Shown here: positions 1 through 11,054 of the stretch, in pieces
Position numbering within the stretch: position 1 is the first letter of the stretch
How the letters are laid out: every line of letters begins with the position of its first letter
Origin: Escherichia virus KFS-EC3
Sequence record: MZ065353.1
Direction: 5' to 3' (one strand)
DNA length: 64,000 nt
Notes under the pieces: generated by a model
Told to the model about the DNA's origin: nothing
The model's database searches: none
The model's input: only the letters and a program-made list of their open reading frames with translations
Position numbers and translations under genes: made by a program

Positions 1-2
1 TT

Positions 3-1697
3 ATCCGCAGTCGTTCAGGTGGCAGATACGTCCTTCTTAAGAAACTCTGGGATTACGATAAAAAGTATGCATATATTCTTATACATCGCAAAAATGTATC
101 ACTAGAAGACATTCCAGGAGTTCCGGAAATTAGCACCGAGCTCTTTACTAAAGTTGAATCGAAGGTCGGTGATGTTTATATCAATAAAGATACTGGAGCT
201 CAAGTAACTAAAAATGAGGCAATTGCTGCATCTATTGCGCAAGAAAATGATAAACGTTCTGACCAAGCTGTAATCGTTAAAGTTAAAATTTCCCGTAGAG
301 CAATTGCACAAAGTCAGTCATTAGAATCTTCTAGATTTGAAAGCGAATTATTCCAGAAGTATGAATCTACCGCAGCTAATTTCAATAAACCTGCTACCGC
401 TCCTTTAATTCCCGAAGCAGAAGAAATGAAACTTGGAATTAATTCATTAGCTTCTAAAACTAAGGCAGCAAAAATTATTGCCGAAGGAACCACAGATGAA
501 CTTCATTATGACTATAAATTCTTTTCAAAAAGTGAGGTTAATGAAGTTTCTGAAAAAATTAAAGACGTAATTTTTAACGCGATCAAAAATGAACCGACTA
601 CTTCAATAAAATGTTTAGAGAAGTATGCAGCAGCTATTAATAAATTCTTTGAAGAATATAAAGATAATTGGCTTGATAAACATAATAAAACCCGTAAAGG
701 ACAGCCAGATGAAGTCTGGGAAGAAATGACTAAAAATTCCTGGAACGCAGCAAAAACTAAATTCCTCAAAAGAATGATTTATAGTTTTTCTGGAATTGGT
801 GCAGGTCCAATGATTGATATTACTATTGCCCGTGATGGTTCTAAATATACTCCATCACAAAAGCGCGGCATTAGAGAGTATTGCGGTTCAGGATATACTG
901 ACATCAATAATCTTCTTTTAGGACGCTACAATCCAGAACGATATGATGTAATGAGTGAAAAAGAAATTGAATCTGCTATAAATAACTTAGATTCAGCTTT
1001 TGAAAATGGTGACCGTATACCAGAAGGCATTACAGTTTATCGTGCTCAAAGTATGACTGCTCCTATATACGAAGCACTAGTTAAAAATAAAGTGTTCTAT
1101 TTCAGAAATTTTGTATCTACTTCTTTAACTCCTATCATTTTTGGACGTTTTGGAATTACACATGCTGGTATTGGTCTTTTAGAACCAGAAGCTCGTAATG
1201 AACTGACAGTTGATAAAAATGAAGAAGGAATAACTATTAATCCAAACGAAATAAGAGCGTATAAAGAAAATCCTGAATACGTTAAAGTTCAAATAGGATG
1301 GGCAATTGATGGAGCTCATAAAGTTAATGTTGTATATCCAGGAAGTCTCGGAATAGCAACAGAAGCTGAAGTTATTCTACCACGCGGATTGATGGTCAAA
1401 GTTAATAAAATAACTGATGCTTCTAATAATGACGGAACAACATCTAATAATACAAAACTCATTCAAGCTGAAGTTATGACTACGGAAGAACTCACCGAAT
1501 CAGTAATTTATGACGGTGATCGTCTAATGGAAACTGGTGAAGTAGTTGCAATGACAGGTGATATTGAAATAGAAGACAGAGTTGACTTTGCATCATTTGT
1601 TTCATCAAATGTTAAACAAAAAGTAGAATCATCTCTTGGAATTATTGCGTCTTGCATAGATATTACAAACATGCCTTACAAGTTCGTTCAAGGATAA
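3..1697 (+). CDS. Alt-like ADP-ribosyltransferase paralog, 5'-truncated by the window edge (reading frame is open from nt 3; the track's 423-aa ORF is only its C-terminal part)
   Basis: Frame 3 is open from the window start through the stop at 1697. Residues before M426 (RYVLLKKLWDYDKKYAYILIHRKN...ISRRAIAQ) parallel residues ~140-230 of the downstream 685-aa Alt-like ORF. C-terminal half carries the R / STS / E-x-E ADP-ribosyltransferase signature (KRGIREY, FYFRNFVSTSL, EAEVILPRG). Confidence 0.75.
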   Translation: MRSRSGGRYVLLKKLWDYDKKYAYILIHRKNVSLEDIPGVPEISTELFTKVESKVGDVYINKDTGAQVTKNEAIAASIAQENDKRSDQAVIVKVKISRRAIAQSQSLESSRFESELFQKYESTAANFNKPATAPLIPEAEEMKLGINSLASKTKAAKIIAEGTTDELHYDYKFFSKSEVNEVSEKIKDVIFNAIKNEPTTSIKCLEKYAAAINKFFEEYKDNWLDKHNKTRKGQPDEVWEEMTKNSWNAAKTKFLKRMIYSFSGIGAGPMIDITIARDGSKYTPSQKRGIREYCGSGYTDINNLLLGRYNPERYDVMSEKEIESAINNLDSAFENGDRIPEGITVYRAQSMTAPIYEALVKNKVFYFRNFVSTSLTPIIFGRFGITHAGIGLLEPEARNELTVDKNEEGITINPNEIRAYKENPEYVKVQIGWAIDGAHKVNVVYPGSLGIATEAEVILPRGLMVKVNKITDASNNDGTTSNNTKLIQAEVMTTEELTESVIYDGDRLMETGEVVAMTGDIEIEDRVDFASFVSSNVKQKVESSLGIIASCIDITNMPYKFVQG

Positions 1698-1700
1698 ATC

Positions 1701-3758
1701 ATGGAACTTATTACAGAATTATTTGACGGCGCTTCGGCGCCGGTTGTTAACTTAAATCCTAAGCATAAAATACCTCAAATTTTTGCTATTCAAGCCGGTG
1801 AAGAAAGCGTGCTTCCTGGATTTAGATTTTGTACATACACCTCTGGCGGTGATACAAATAAAAACGTTAAGCCAGGCGATAAAATGATGCATATCGTAAT
1901 GATAGGTGTCAATGAGAAACTATCATTAGTTAAACTTAAAAACTTGGGTGGAAATCCAATTGGTGTCATTAATGCGGTTTTTGATACTGCTCTTCAAACA
2001 ATGAAACAGTATAAAATTGATGCATGCCTATTCCGCGTACTAAAAAGTAAAACAAATGGCGCAGCTCGTCAAATGCAAGTTATTGCTGACCGTTTAGTAC
2101 GTACTAAAGGAGCAGGTCGATATGTTCTTTTAAAGGAAATCTGGGATTATGATAAAAAGTATGCATATATTATGGTTTACCGTAAAAATGCCAATTTAAA
2201 AGACATTCCAGGTGTACCTCCTATTTCAACTGAGTTATTCACAAAAGTTGAATCAAAGGTTGGTGATGTTTATGTAGATGTTAAAACAGGTAATGCTGTT
2301 CCTAAAGCTGTTGCTGTTGCTGCTTCTATTGCTTTAGAAAATGATAAGCGCACGGATCAAGCTGTTATTCAGAAAACTAAAATTAGTCGTCGATTGGCAG
2401 CACAAGCTCAATATTCTACTGTCGATGCTTCGCTTCAGGGTGATAGCTTCGCTGCCAAGAAATATCAAGAGTTTGAATCTAAAGTTCCGGTATATAAAGC
2501 AGAAGGACCAATGAACTCTGGTGTTATTCAGATTGGTTCAAACTTCGGCAAAGGAGCTATCGGTGGTATGAGAAGTGCTTCTCGTTTTAAATCTAACGAT
2601 TATGAACTAGAAAGCTTCCGAAATCATATTGCATTGGCCCATGCACGTTTACGTGATCCGTCTATCAGACTGCAGAGCGATATAACACATCAAGGTTCTC
2701 AAGAATATTTAAAGAATAAAGAATTTTTTGATTATAAAACCGATAAAATTTTGAGCGATCTCGCTGACATTAATATTTCTAATAGCTTTGATGTTATTAA
2801 GAAAATTATCAATGATTTAGTTAAAGGTTCTAAAGCCACACCAGACGAAAAGGTAGCTATTATTCAATTTGTCATGAATGGCATTTATAAATTGATTAAT
2901 GAATCTGCTGCTCAGGCATATGAATACGCAAGCACCGAAGTAACTCCAAAAGGACTGACTCAGGCTGAGTCTGATGTAATTGAAGATTATTGTGCAGATT
3001 CATATGTTGAAATGAACTCGTTCCTCTTGGGTAAACCAGATTCTACCCGTGAAGAATATATGGAACGAGCTATTAAACACATCGAGACGCTGGATTCTGC
3101 CTTTGCCAAAGGTTCAGTTCTTCCTCCAGGAACTACGCTTTATCGTGGACAAGAAGTTACTTTTAAAACTTTACGCCATAATATTGAAAATAAAATGTTC
3201 TATTTCAAGAACTTCGTATCAACATCGCTTAAACCAAATATCTTCGGTGAGCATGGTAAAAACTATATGGCTCTAGATGATTCCGGCGCAGTATTTTCTG
3301 GTGAAGGAGAAGGTTCTGTTGATGCTGAAGATTTAATGCATATGGGCAGTCATTCTGCTTATGCGAATGAAGATGCTGAAACTAGCGTAGGTATGGTAAT
3401 AAAAGGAGCTGAGCGAATTAAAGTTATCGTTCCAGGTCATTTATCGGGATTTCCATCAGAAGCTGAAGTTATTCTACCGCGTGGAATTTTGTTGAAGATT
3501 AATAAAGTAAGCACGTACATGATGAAAGAAACTGCTTATAACAAGTATCTAATCGAAGGCACAATCGTTCCTCCTTCTGAACAATTAGAAGAATCGGTAT
3601 ATGATGGCGATCATCTAATGGAAACTGGTGAAGTTCGTCCAATGGCTGGGTTTAATCAATTCCTTGTAGAAGAATCAAAAGAAGAGGAAAACGAAGTTTC
3701 TCAAATCTTGGCTTCTTTGGTTAACATCAACGGAATGTCTAAAAAGTTCAAGATGTAG
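1701..3758 (+). CDS. alt: Alt ADP-ribosyltransferase (packaged, injected with DNA), 685 aa
   Basis: Length matches T4 Alt (~682 aa). R-STS-ExE motifs present (FYFKNFVSTSLKP, EAEVILPRG). N-terminus MELITE| fits the prohead protease (L/I)xE cleavage consensus. Sits next to gene 54 as in T4. Confidence 0.8.
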   Translation: MELITELFDGASAPVVNLNPKHKIPQIFAIQAGEESVLPGFRFCTYTSGGDTNKNVKPGDKMMHIVMIGVNEKLSLVKLKNLGGNPIGVINAVFDTALQTMKQYKIDACLFRVLKSKTNGAARQMQVIADRLVRTKGAGRYVLLKEIWDYDKKYAYIMVYRKNANLKDIPGVPPISTELFTKVESKVGDVYVDVKTGNAVPKAVAVAASIALENDKRTDQAVIQKTKISRRLAAQAQYSTVDASLQGDSFAAKKYQEFESKVPVYKAEGPMNSGVIQIGSNFGKGAIGGMRSASRFKSNDYELESFRNHIALAHARLRDPSIRLQSDITHQGSQEYLKNKEFFDYKTDKILSDLADINISNSFDVIKKIINDLVKGSKATPDEKVAIIQFVMNGIYKLINESAAQAYEYASTEVTPKGLTQAESDVIEDYCADSYVEMNSFLLGKPDSTREEYMERAIKHIETLDSAFAKGSVLPPGTTLYRGQEVTFKTLRHNIENKMFYFKNFVSTSLKPNIFGEHGKNYMALDDSGAVFSGEGEGSVDAEDLMHMGSHSAYANEDAETSVGMVIKGAERIKVIVPGHLSGFPSEAEVILPRGILLKINKVSTYMMKETAYNKYLIEGTIVPPSEQLEESVYDGDHLMETGEVRPMAGFNQFLVEESKEEENEVSQILASLVNINGMSKKFKM

Positions 3759-3787
3759 TTTACAAGTCCCTCGTGTTGTGTTATAGT
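3758..3787 (+). promoter_or_regulatory. T4 early-type promoter (GTTTAC -35, ~18-bp spacer, TATAGT -10)
   Basis: GTTTAC at 3758-3763 and TATAGT at 3782-3787, upstream of the 96-aa ORF. Confidence 0.45.
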
Positions 3788-3818
3788 AATCTTACTGACA
3801 TAACATGAGGAACACAAA

Positions 3819-4109
3819 ATGAAATCTTCTTTACGCTTTTTAGGTCAAGAACTTGTAGTTGAAGGCGTTATTCCTGCTGATAACGCTTTTAATGAAGCAG
3901 TTTATGATGAATTTATCAAAATTTTTGGAACAGATAAAAAGTTCGGAATTTTTCCTTCTGAAAATTTTTCAAAGCCAGAACAGACTGAAAGCATTTTCCA
4001 AGGTGTAGTAACAGGTAAATTTGAGTCAGAAGCTCCGGTAAAAATTGAAGTTTATATTGAAGACAGTTTAGTTGCTTCAGTTGCTGCTTTCATTTCATTC
4101 CGTAAATAA
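3819..4109 (+). CDS. hypothetical small protein (96 aa) between alt and gene 54
   Basis: ORF with start codon about 30 nt downstream of an early-type promoter; followed by a hairpin terminator. Confidence 0.5.
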   Translation: MKSSLRFLGQELVVEGVIPADNAFNEAVYDEFIKIFGTDKKFGIFPSENFSKPEQTESIFQGVVTGKFESEAPVKIEVYIEDSLVASVAAFISFRK

Positions 4110-4115
4110 AAATAT

Positions 4116-4133
4116 GGGGACCTTTCGGTCCCC
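4116..4133. terminator. bidirectional stem-loop (GGGGACC-TTTC-GGTCCCC) between convergent genes
   Basis: 7-bp GC-rich stem with 4-nt loop, flanked by A/T-rich sequence on both sides. Confidence 0.55.
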
Positions 4134-4137
4134 ATTG

Positions 4138-5103
4138 TTATATTGCTCCTAATATTTTACTTTGCGAATTGACAATTCCTGTCATAGTATTAATGTTTGA
4201 AATGCTTCCAGCAGTTCCCCCTAATCTACTAAGTCGTGAAAGCGAATTAGATAATCCAGTAACACCTCCACTATTTCCGAGAACGCTTTGAATGCCATTT
4301 ATAGCAGCAGATTCAAGCCACTCAAGCGCAGCTTGTCTATCAACCGACCCGGCCTGCATGACTCTATACGCAAAAGTAACATCAAATGTAGTTATTTGGT
4401 TATCTCCATCATATGATAACTCAGGAGCGCTCACTGACACTGGAATGCATCCGGTGAACATCACCGCAGTATGAGGTAATCCATTACGAGCATGAAGATT
4501 AACCTGAATATCTGCCTCGACATCTTGCGGCAAAGCACGCAGTCCAGTTACTGGGTCTTGAACAGCGTTAACCCAGTCTTGCATTGCACGATAGTTACAA
4601 GCTTCTGAATCCATTCTAAATGAAATAACCAAAGGGTCTAATTCTCTCCCAGTTATACGAATATTAGGAGAGTTATAATTCCAGTCAGTTTCATAGGATA
4701 ATCTATTCTCTGGCATTTTTACAGAATATATCATCAATCCAGATGAGTTATATGCCATATTAAAGAAGTCAATTAAATATGTACCAACTGTAAATGAGCC
4801 CAATAAACTTTGAACTGTACGTTGACTCATGGCACCAATAAGATATTTACTAACCCCTGATTTTCTTATCAGTTTTTGTGTGCCAGCAGTAATTAGCGTG
4901 GTAATTCCCTGATTAATATCGCCTTGAGACAATCCTAACCAGTCTGAATTTAGACCCAAGTTATTATAAGAAAAGTTGCTAATTGAACTTATCAACGAAG
5001 AGCTTTTAGTTGATGGAGTTGTCGCAAAAACGCAGCTAAACATATTATTACGCTGGAAATCTGCGTTTATTGCTTGATTATTAAATTCCTCTAAAGAATA
5101 CAT
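4138..5103 (-). CDS. 54: gp54 baseplate tail-tube initiator
   Basis: 321 aa; position and length match T4 gp54; start overlaps the gp48 stop. Confidence 0.85.
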   Translation of the reverse strand: MYSLEEFNNQAINADFQRNNMFSCVFATTPSTKSSSLISSISNFSYNNLGLNSDWLGLSQGDINQGITTLITAGTQKLIRKSGVSKYLIGAMSQRTVQSLLGSFTVGTYLIDFFNMAYNSSGLMIYSVKMPENRLSYETDWNYNSPNIRITGRELDPLVISFRMDSEACNYRAMQDWVNAVQDPVTGLRALPQDVEADIQVNLHARNGLPHTAVMFTGCIPVSVSAPELSYDGDNQITTFDVTFAYRVMQAGSVDRQAALEWLESAAINGIQSVLGNSGGVTGLSNSLSRLSRLGGTAGSISNINTMTGIVNSQSKILGAI

Positions 5104-6197
5104 TAAAAAGTCCCCGCATATAAAGAAGCACGGTTTAACGTGATAATTTCTCTCATAGTAATCTCAAGAGTAAATGTACTAGGGAGGTTTGGAGCAATAG
5201 CTAATCCGTTAAAGTTACCATTAGGTGTTTTATCAAATCTGATGCTCTGTATTTGACATGGGCCAAATATTTCCGTTTTTCCATCAAACTTAGATGTTGC
5301 ACCAAAGTTTTTCACCATCCAAATTGTTGGGTTTGAAACTACTAGAACGTTAGTTAAACTCGATGTCATTTTCTCAAATAGTGTTTTATTTTTAGCTGCG
5401 TCTTCCGGAGATAAAGGTTCAATTAACGTAGAACGATACCAATCATCTAAATACCCCTTTATTTCAGCAGCATATTGAGATTTGCCCGTTTCACCATAAG
5501 AAAAATAGTTAAAATATTGATAGATATTGATAATAGCCATCAAATCTTCTGTTGAACGTGGAGTCAAATCCCATGTAAACACTTTAGTTCTATTCTCAGC
5601 ACCGCCATACATACTTCTGGCTGTCGTATAAATCTGTTCATTATTATCAGCCATTATACCTTGTGTTATACTTTCCAGTGCCCCAAATACTGCAGTTGAA
5701 GCAATATTACTTAACACACCAGTAGCAGTACCTCCGCCTCTGCTGATAAGACTTTCTTGAACATCATTAAATCTATGTGATGATGTATCAACGTCAGATT
5801 TAGATCTCGGTAAAAGAATGTTTGCGACAGGAGCTTTACTTATTGTTCCTGAATTATTGTTTGATATTAATCCATTTGATAGTTTTGATACTGTACTACT
5901 AATAGTGTTTCTAGCTGTACTTAAAATACTCGAAGATGAAGAAGAGTAGTTAGATCTCATCGATCTAAGACTTCCAGAATCCCTAGATGACATATTGTAT
6001 GCAGTAAATAATAATCCATTCTTATATAGATCTGTTACCTGGAAGTCCCCTGTAGTGTCATTACCACTAGCACGCCCAGTTGGAAACTGGGCAGTGTATG
6101 TTTTAGTTGCTACTTCTGATTTAGTACTCTGTCCGGCTGAAATTTTCTCACCGGACTTTTTAATTAAATCAGCAGTTATTTCTTTAACAATTGCCAT
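5103..6197 (-). CDS. 48: gp48 baseplate tail-tube cap
   Basis: 364 aa, T4 gene order and length. Confidence 0.85.
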   Translation of the reverse strand: MAIVKEITADLIKKSGEKISAGQSTKSEVATKTYTAQFPTGRASGNDTTGDFQVTDLYKNGLLFTAYNMSSRDSGSLRSMRSNYSSSSSSILSTARNTISSTVSKLSNGLISNNNSGTISKAPVANILLPRSKSDVDTSSHRFNDVQESLISRGGGTATGVLSNIASTAVFGALESITQGIMADNNEQIYTTARSMYGGAENRTKVFTWDLTPRSTEDLMAIINIYQYFNYFSYGETGKSQYAAEIKGYLDDWYRSTLIEPLSPEDAAKNKTLFEKMTSSLTNVLVVSNPTIWMVKNFGATSKFDGKTEIFGPCQIQSIRFDKTPNGNFNGLAIAPNLPSTFTLEITMREIITLNRASLYAGTF

Positions 6198-6205
6198 ATT
6201 ATTCC

Positions 6206-7978
6206 TTAATTAACTCCAGTCGCATCAAATACACCAGGAGCAGTCGTGCTCGTTACAGGTGTCATATTATGAACGACAGTATTTTTCTTAATAACATTAT
6301 TAGTATTATTGATCGAAGGAGATGCTTGTTGAACAGGAGCTTGCTGTGCTTTGTTCTTTTCTATTACCTGGACTTGTTTTGCTTCTGGCGATTTAGCAGA
6401 AGTTTCAGGTTTGGCATTAGGCTGATTTTTCTTGAGCTCTTGATAAGTAGCATCAATTTTAGAAAATCTAGCAGCAAGTTCTTTTTTAACTGCCGGTGAA
6501 TTATTTAAATCCGGGTCATCCATTCGTTTTTTAAGGTCTTCATAGGCAGCTTCAACTGATTTAACCGTTGAGTCTTTACTCATATCAGCCGAATCAGCGT
6601 ATTTTTCAAAACGAATCATCGCGGCACGAGCTTCATTAGCTTTCATTAAAGCATTTTTTCTTTCTTCAGGTGAAAGTTGCTTTAATTTTTCTTCTTCTGC
6701 TGCGCGTTCTTCATCGGTTGTCAATGCTTCTTTATTATCAACGCCACGAATCCAGTTAGATGCACGGGTTTTCCAATTAGCAATTTTATCTAATCCTTTT
6801 GCTATTGGACCAAGATCGTCATTCATTCGTTTATCTTGATAATTTGCTACTTTTTCTTGGTCTTCTTTATTGAGAGATGCTCCAGTAGAATTTTGGAAAT
6901 TTTCCAGCGCTCTTCCTTCTACTTCATCAGCGGTATCCTTCATACCAGGAATAACTCGAAGAATTGCTGCTGATAATTTAGCCATTCCAAGCTGAATAAG
7001 TTCTCCTAAATTATAAAGAACCTTTCCAAGCCCTTCTACAATAGCTACCGTCAAACCGCCCCAATCTCCCTCTTCCCAGAATTTTTTAATTTCATCAATA
7101 GAACTAAAGATGCTCTGTAATAAAGGACCCCATGTTCCGGTTTCGCTAGAGAATTTAGTAAAGTTTGAACTAAACAAATCCCAAGCCTGCGAAAATTTAT
7201 CTGACCAATATTTAAAGTGAACCATCAGCAAATCTATTCCAACAACAACAGCCAATATCATTGCAGTCATTTTAGCAGCTTCAATAGCAGCACTGACAGT
7301 ATACTTAAATAGCATGCTTGATATTTTATCAGTAATTGAAATAGATTTCTTAAATCCGAAATCAACAGTCTTTGTTAATTTATCTAAAGCTTGAGATAAT
7401 TTTAAGTTAAATGCGTCTTTTTTCTGTTTTTCTTCTGGCGATTCTTGTTTGGGTTCAACTGGCTGAGGGGTAGGGAAAAAATCAGCATCAGGATCATTAT
7501 TAACTGCTTCAGGAGCCGGTAATAAAGGACCCACGGATTCAGCTGTATCGTCCTCAACAACTTTAACAGGAATAGCGCTTTCAACCGTAGCTAAACTAGT
7601 TCCTGTTTGTTGAATTCCGGCTGTCTGGATTTTTTGCTCTAGTAAACTCGTTAATTTATCTAATTTACTTCCGAGCGATTCGCCAATTTCTTTATTAATA
7701 TTGTTGCCAATTTCGACAGTTTCAGCAATTAACTCAGAACCAGCAGTAGTATCACTCACTGCGTTTTCTACGTTGTCAATTGCTCCAATTATTTCATTCG
7801 ATTTTTCTTCGACAGTTTGAGCAATTAATTCAGAAGCAGCTTGAGCATCATCCAATTTCGTAGATATATCGTTAAGTCCAGATAGAGTATTGGAAGCGGA
7901 TTTAGCCGCTTCCTGTGTTGGTTTATTATCTGAAATAACTTTTCTACGCATCGTTTGCATTTCTTGTGGCTTTTTCAT
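6206..7978 (-). CDS. 29: gp29 baseplate hub / tail length determinator (tape measure)
   Basis: 590 aa, matches T4 gp29 length and position. Confidence 0.85.
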   Translation of the reverse strand: MKKPQEMQTMRRKVISDNKPTQEAAKSASNTLSGLNDISTKLDDAQAASELIAQTVEEKSNEIIGAIDNVENAVSDTTAGSELIAETVEIGNNINKEIGESLGSKLDKLTSLLEQKIQTAGIQQTGTSLATVESAIPVKVVEDDTAESVGPLLPAPEAVNNDPDADFFPTPQPVEPKQESPEEKQKKDAFNLKLSQALDKLTKTVDFGFKKSISITDKISSMLFKYTVSAAIEAAKMTAMILAVVVGIDLLMVHFKYWSDKFSQAWDLFSSNFTKFSSETGTWGPLLQSIFSSIDEIKKFWEEGDWGGLTVAIVEGLGKVLYNLGELIQLGMAKLSAAILRVIPGMKDTADEVEGRALENFQNSTGASLNKEDQEKVANYQDKRMNDDLGPIAKGLDKIANWKTRASNWIRGVDNKEALTTDEERAAEEEKLKQLSPEERKNALMKANEARAAMIRFEKYADSADMSKDSTVKSVEAAYEDLKKRMDDPDLNNSPAVKKELAARFSKIDATYQELKKNQPNAKPETSAKSPEAKQVQVIEKNKAQQAPVQQASPSINNTNNVIKKNTVVHNMTPVTSTTAPGVFDATGVN

Positions 7979-8508
7979 TCAAATAATCCAATAATATTGC
8001 CAATTCCGGTTATTGGACCATTAGGGCCAGGAATTGCTAAAGTTGTAAAAATATCATTTGCCCATTTTAAAACGAATGCTGGCATCTCAAGAAAATTAAT
8101 TTCTTTAACTTCATCATTGACCTTAAGCAAGCATTTGGATAACATATCGCTCACCGTTAAAAATTGTTCAAATTTTCCAGGAGGTCTAAAATAAAATGTA
8201 TTTCCTTGGTATTGAAATTCCAATCTTTGGCATACATAAACATCATTAATGTCATAAGTATAACCATCTATTTCTTTACGAGATTTAATCTTTCCATTAA
8301 ATTCCAATAGATGAATAGAAACGAAATCAACTTCTGCCGGTGATAAATTCGGACAAATAGAATCAATAAGAAGTTTTAAATTTTCATCAGGACCTTTAAC
8401 ATCTTTTAAAATGTTATAATGTTTAAGACCCATTTTAGGAATAGAAACTTCTTTATTGCTTATTGGAAGAACTACTTTCTTCAGTGGTAGTATCAGATTT
8501 AAATTCAT
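7975..8508 (-). CDS. 28: gp28 baseplate hub distal subunit
   Basis: 177 aa as in T4; 5' end overlaps the 3' end of gene 27. Confidence 0.8.
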   Translation of the reverse strand: MNLNLILPLKKVVLPISNKEVSIPKMGLKHYNILKDVKGPDENLKLLIDSICPNLSPAEVDFVSIHLLEFNGKIKSRKEIDGYTYDINDVYVCQRLEFQYQGNTFYFRPPGKFEQFLTVSDMLSKCLLKVNDEVKEINFLEMPAFVLKWANDIFTTLAIPGPNGPITGIGNIIGLFE

Positions 8509-9628
8509 TTTTAACCTTAACTGGGTCTATTGTTTCCAGTTTCGTTGCATTAGTGAACATATATAGATGAGTTACTGAATTATTATTGGATAATTCATGG
8601 ATAACTTCATCAACGTAAAATTCTGTTTTAAATTGGTTTTTACTATCATTAAAAATAATTTTAACGCCAGGAGTCAAGTTAAAATTACCGACAGTAGAAC
8701 ATTTAGCATAACCATCGTATTGTGCCATAGTTTGAAGACGAATAGCTTCTTCATATCCATTCCTATAAGTCATTTCAGAATAAGCACCTGACCTTGATAC
8801 TACAATAGAGTTTTCTCCCTTTCCTGTAGTAATCATTGGCAATGAAGAATCCAAAAACGAATGCGCATAGATAGTAGCGTTTTTCATTGGGTCACGTTTG
8901 TGAGGATTCGATTTAGTCAACCAAACGAAATCATATGCCAATGGATATTTTAATTCTTGGATGAATTGACCTATTAAAGATGGCTCACCGACAATCATTG
9001 GATATGGTTCTTGATTTATCATCATATCATAGTCCATCATGTTAACTCCCATGATGTCTTGCCACACAAATACAAATTTGTCACTTCCTACAGCTAGAGC
9101 AACTTCTCTGACATATGACAAATAGTTTTCAAATGTACTAGTCCACGGAATATCAGGAACATAAGCATTTATTGCATTTATTGCTGGAGTTAATAACGTG
9201 CGATCCTGATAAATGACACCAAGCATTTCCTTTATAGATTCACCTGCATCAGAGAAAAACGGTCTGCCAAATTTAAGATTTTCTATAGAATGAATAGTTC
9301 CCAATTCAATAGCAATGATGTTATCACCCTTTGAATCTACAGATACAGAAAAATGCTTACATCCATAAATTCGTGTTTTAACATTATTAATATCGTTTGC
9401 ATTAGCTACAGAAATCTGAATTATTTCATTTCCATCCATTTTTGTATGGATATTTTTAGAATCATAAAACTGCAGCATTCCTTCATTTCGGCCATAAAGA
9501 GAATCCCGCATAGTTAATGTGGTAATAGTAGCAGCTAATTCAACAAATCTATTATTACTCCAAGCGTCGTAGCTATCAAATAATTTAACGCTGAGATTTG
9601 GATATCCTGGGCGTTGCAACATACTCAT
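8453..9628 (-). CDS. 27: gp27 baseplate hub subunit
   Basis: 391 aa as in T4 gp27. Confidence 0.85.
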   Translation of the reverse strand: MSMLQRPGYPNLSVKLFDSYDAWSNNRFVELAATITTLTMRDSLYGRNEGMLQFYDSKNIHTKMDGNEIIQISVANANDINNVKTRIYGCKHFSVSVDSKGDNIIAIELGTIHSIENLKFGRPFFSDAGESIKEMLGVIYQDRTLLTPAINAINAYVPDIPWTSTFENYLSYVREVALAVGSDKFVFVWQDIMGVNMMDYDMMINQEPYPMIVGEPSLIGQFIQELKYPLAYDFVWLTKSNPHKRDPMKNATIYAHSFLDSSLPMITTGKGENSIVVSRSGAYSEMTYRNGYEEAIRLQTMAQYDGYAKCSTVGNFNLTPGVKIIFNDSKNQFKTEFYVDEVIHELSNNNSVTHLYMFTNATKLETIDPVKVKNEFKSDTTTEESSSSNKQ

Positions 9629-10377
9629 TATTGTTTATCCTTCTCAATCAGTTTTAATACGAATCCGCGCTCGGCAGGAATCATTTTCATTATTGAATTT
9701 AAGCTATAATTACTTTTTACGAGTGTGTGATTAATTTGATAAAAAGTAAATATCTCATCTGGGTTAACTAATAGCTTAAACACATCTACTATATCAGTGT
9801 ATTTTTTTACATACTTATTACAACATGACATATGCAATGTTAAATTAATAGGATTCATTGCATCGAGAATTTTTTCTAATGTTTCTATCTCGATGGCATC
9901 AACAAGTTCTATTTGACTTGATTCGCTAATTTCATTCCAATCATACCACATTTCATCTACTTGAACGGAATGAATATTTTCAGTAATCATCTTTGCTTTA
10001 TTTTCATAAAACTCAGAAGGAAACTTTAATTTAATTTTAACATTAGCTACATCAAAAACAGGTTCCTTTAATTCTTTTTGATATATTTCAAATGGAACTG
10101 TCTTTTCTTTTTTACATTTTGGACATACAAATGTGACCGGTACTTTAGTTTTACCTATTGACCCTACAAATACCTGCAAAAATATAAATGGTTGCCAAGT
10201 CTTCGGATAGTCTCCAAAATAATCGGCAATTAAATCAGCAATTATTTCTTTTTGTTCTTGTGGTGACCGATGTTCTATATCGTTTCGAACTAACAAAAAA
10301 TCTCGATAATCTTCTACCGTAAATGGTTTAAAACGATGAACACCATCTGGTAATTTACAACGAATAATGTTTGCCAT
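9628..10377 (-). CDS. 51: gp51 baseplate hub assembly catalyst
   Basis: 249 aa; Cys-rich CPKC motif; T4 order. Confidence 0.8.
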   Translation of the reverse strand: MANIIRCKLPDGVHRFKPFTVEDYRDFLLVRNDIEHRSPQEQKEIIADLIADYFGDYPKTWQPFIFLQVFVGSIGKTKVPVTFVCPKCKKEKTVPFEIYQKELKEPVFDVANVKIKLKFPSEFYENKAKMITENIHSVQVDEMWYDWNEISESSQIELVDAIEIETLEKILDAMNPINLTLHMSCCNKYVKKYTDIVDVFKLLVNPDEIFTFYQINHTLVKSNYSLNSIMKMIPAERGFVLKLIEKDKQ

Positions 10378-10394
10378 AGATGCTCCTTTTATTC

Positions 10395-10406
10395 TATTTA
10401 TAAATA
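10395..10406. promoter_or_regulatory. divergent overlapping late promoters (TATAAATA on both strands) for genes 51 and 26
   Basis: tatttata at 10395-10402 (reads TATAAATA on the minus strand, toward gene 51) and tataaata at 10399-10406 (plus strand, toward gene 26). Confidence 0.6.
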
Positions 10407-10427
10407 TGATAAATAAAGGAGCTAAAT

Positions 10428-11054
10428 ATGTATGAATACAAATTTGATGTGAGAGTTGGTTCTAAAATAATCAACTGTCGCGCATTTACTCTTAAAGAAT
10501 ATCTAGAACTTATTACTGCTAAAAAGAACGGTTCAGTAGAAGAGATCGTTAAAAAGCTAATTAAAGACTGCACAAATGCAAAAGATTTAAACCGCCAAGA
10601 ATCAGAACTACTGTTGATTCATTTATGGGCGCATTCTCTTGGAGAAGTTAATCACGAAAACTCCTGGAAGTGCACCTGTGGAACTGAAATACCAACCCAT
10701 ATAAATCTATTACATACACAAATAGATGCACCAGAAGACCTCTGGTATACACTGGGTGACATTAAAATTAAGTTCCATTACCCTAAAATTTTTGATGATA
10801 AAAATATAGCCCACATGATAGTATCATGTATAGAAACGATTCATGCTAACGGTGAAAGCATTCCAATTGAAGACTTAAATGAAAAAGAGTTGGAAGATTT
10901 ATATTCTATCATCACAGAGTCAGATATTGTAGCTATAAAAGATATGCTTTTAAAGCCTACTGTTTATTTGGCTGTTCCAATTAAGTGTCCAGAGTGTGGA
11001 AAAACTCACGCTCATGTAATAAGAGGACTCAAAGAATTCTTTGAGCTATTGTAA
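10428..11054 (+). CDS. 26: gp26 baseplate hub subunit
   Basis: 208 aa as in T4. Confidence 0.8.
   Translation: MYEYKFDVRVGSKIINCRAFTLKEYLELITAKKNGSVEEIVKKLIKDCTNAKDLNRQESELLLIHLWAHSLGEVNHENSWKCTCGTEIPTHINLLHTQIDAPEDLWYTLGDIKIKFHYPKIFDDKNIAHMIVSCIETIHANGESIPIEDLNEKELEDLYSIITESDIVAIKDMLLKPTVYLAVPIKCPECGKTHAHVIRGLKEFFELL

Noticed and set aside
426-1697. Track ORF of 423 aa presented as a separate gene
   Set aside because: The reading frame is open from the window edge (nt 3) and the upstream translation is homologous to the N-terminal region of Alt; this is the C-terminal part of a longer, 5'-truncated gene.
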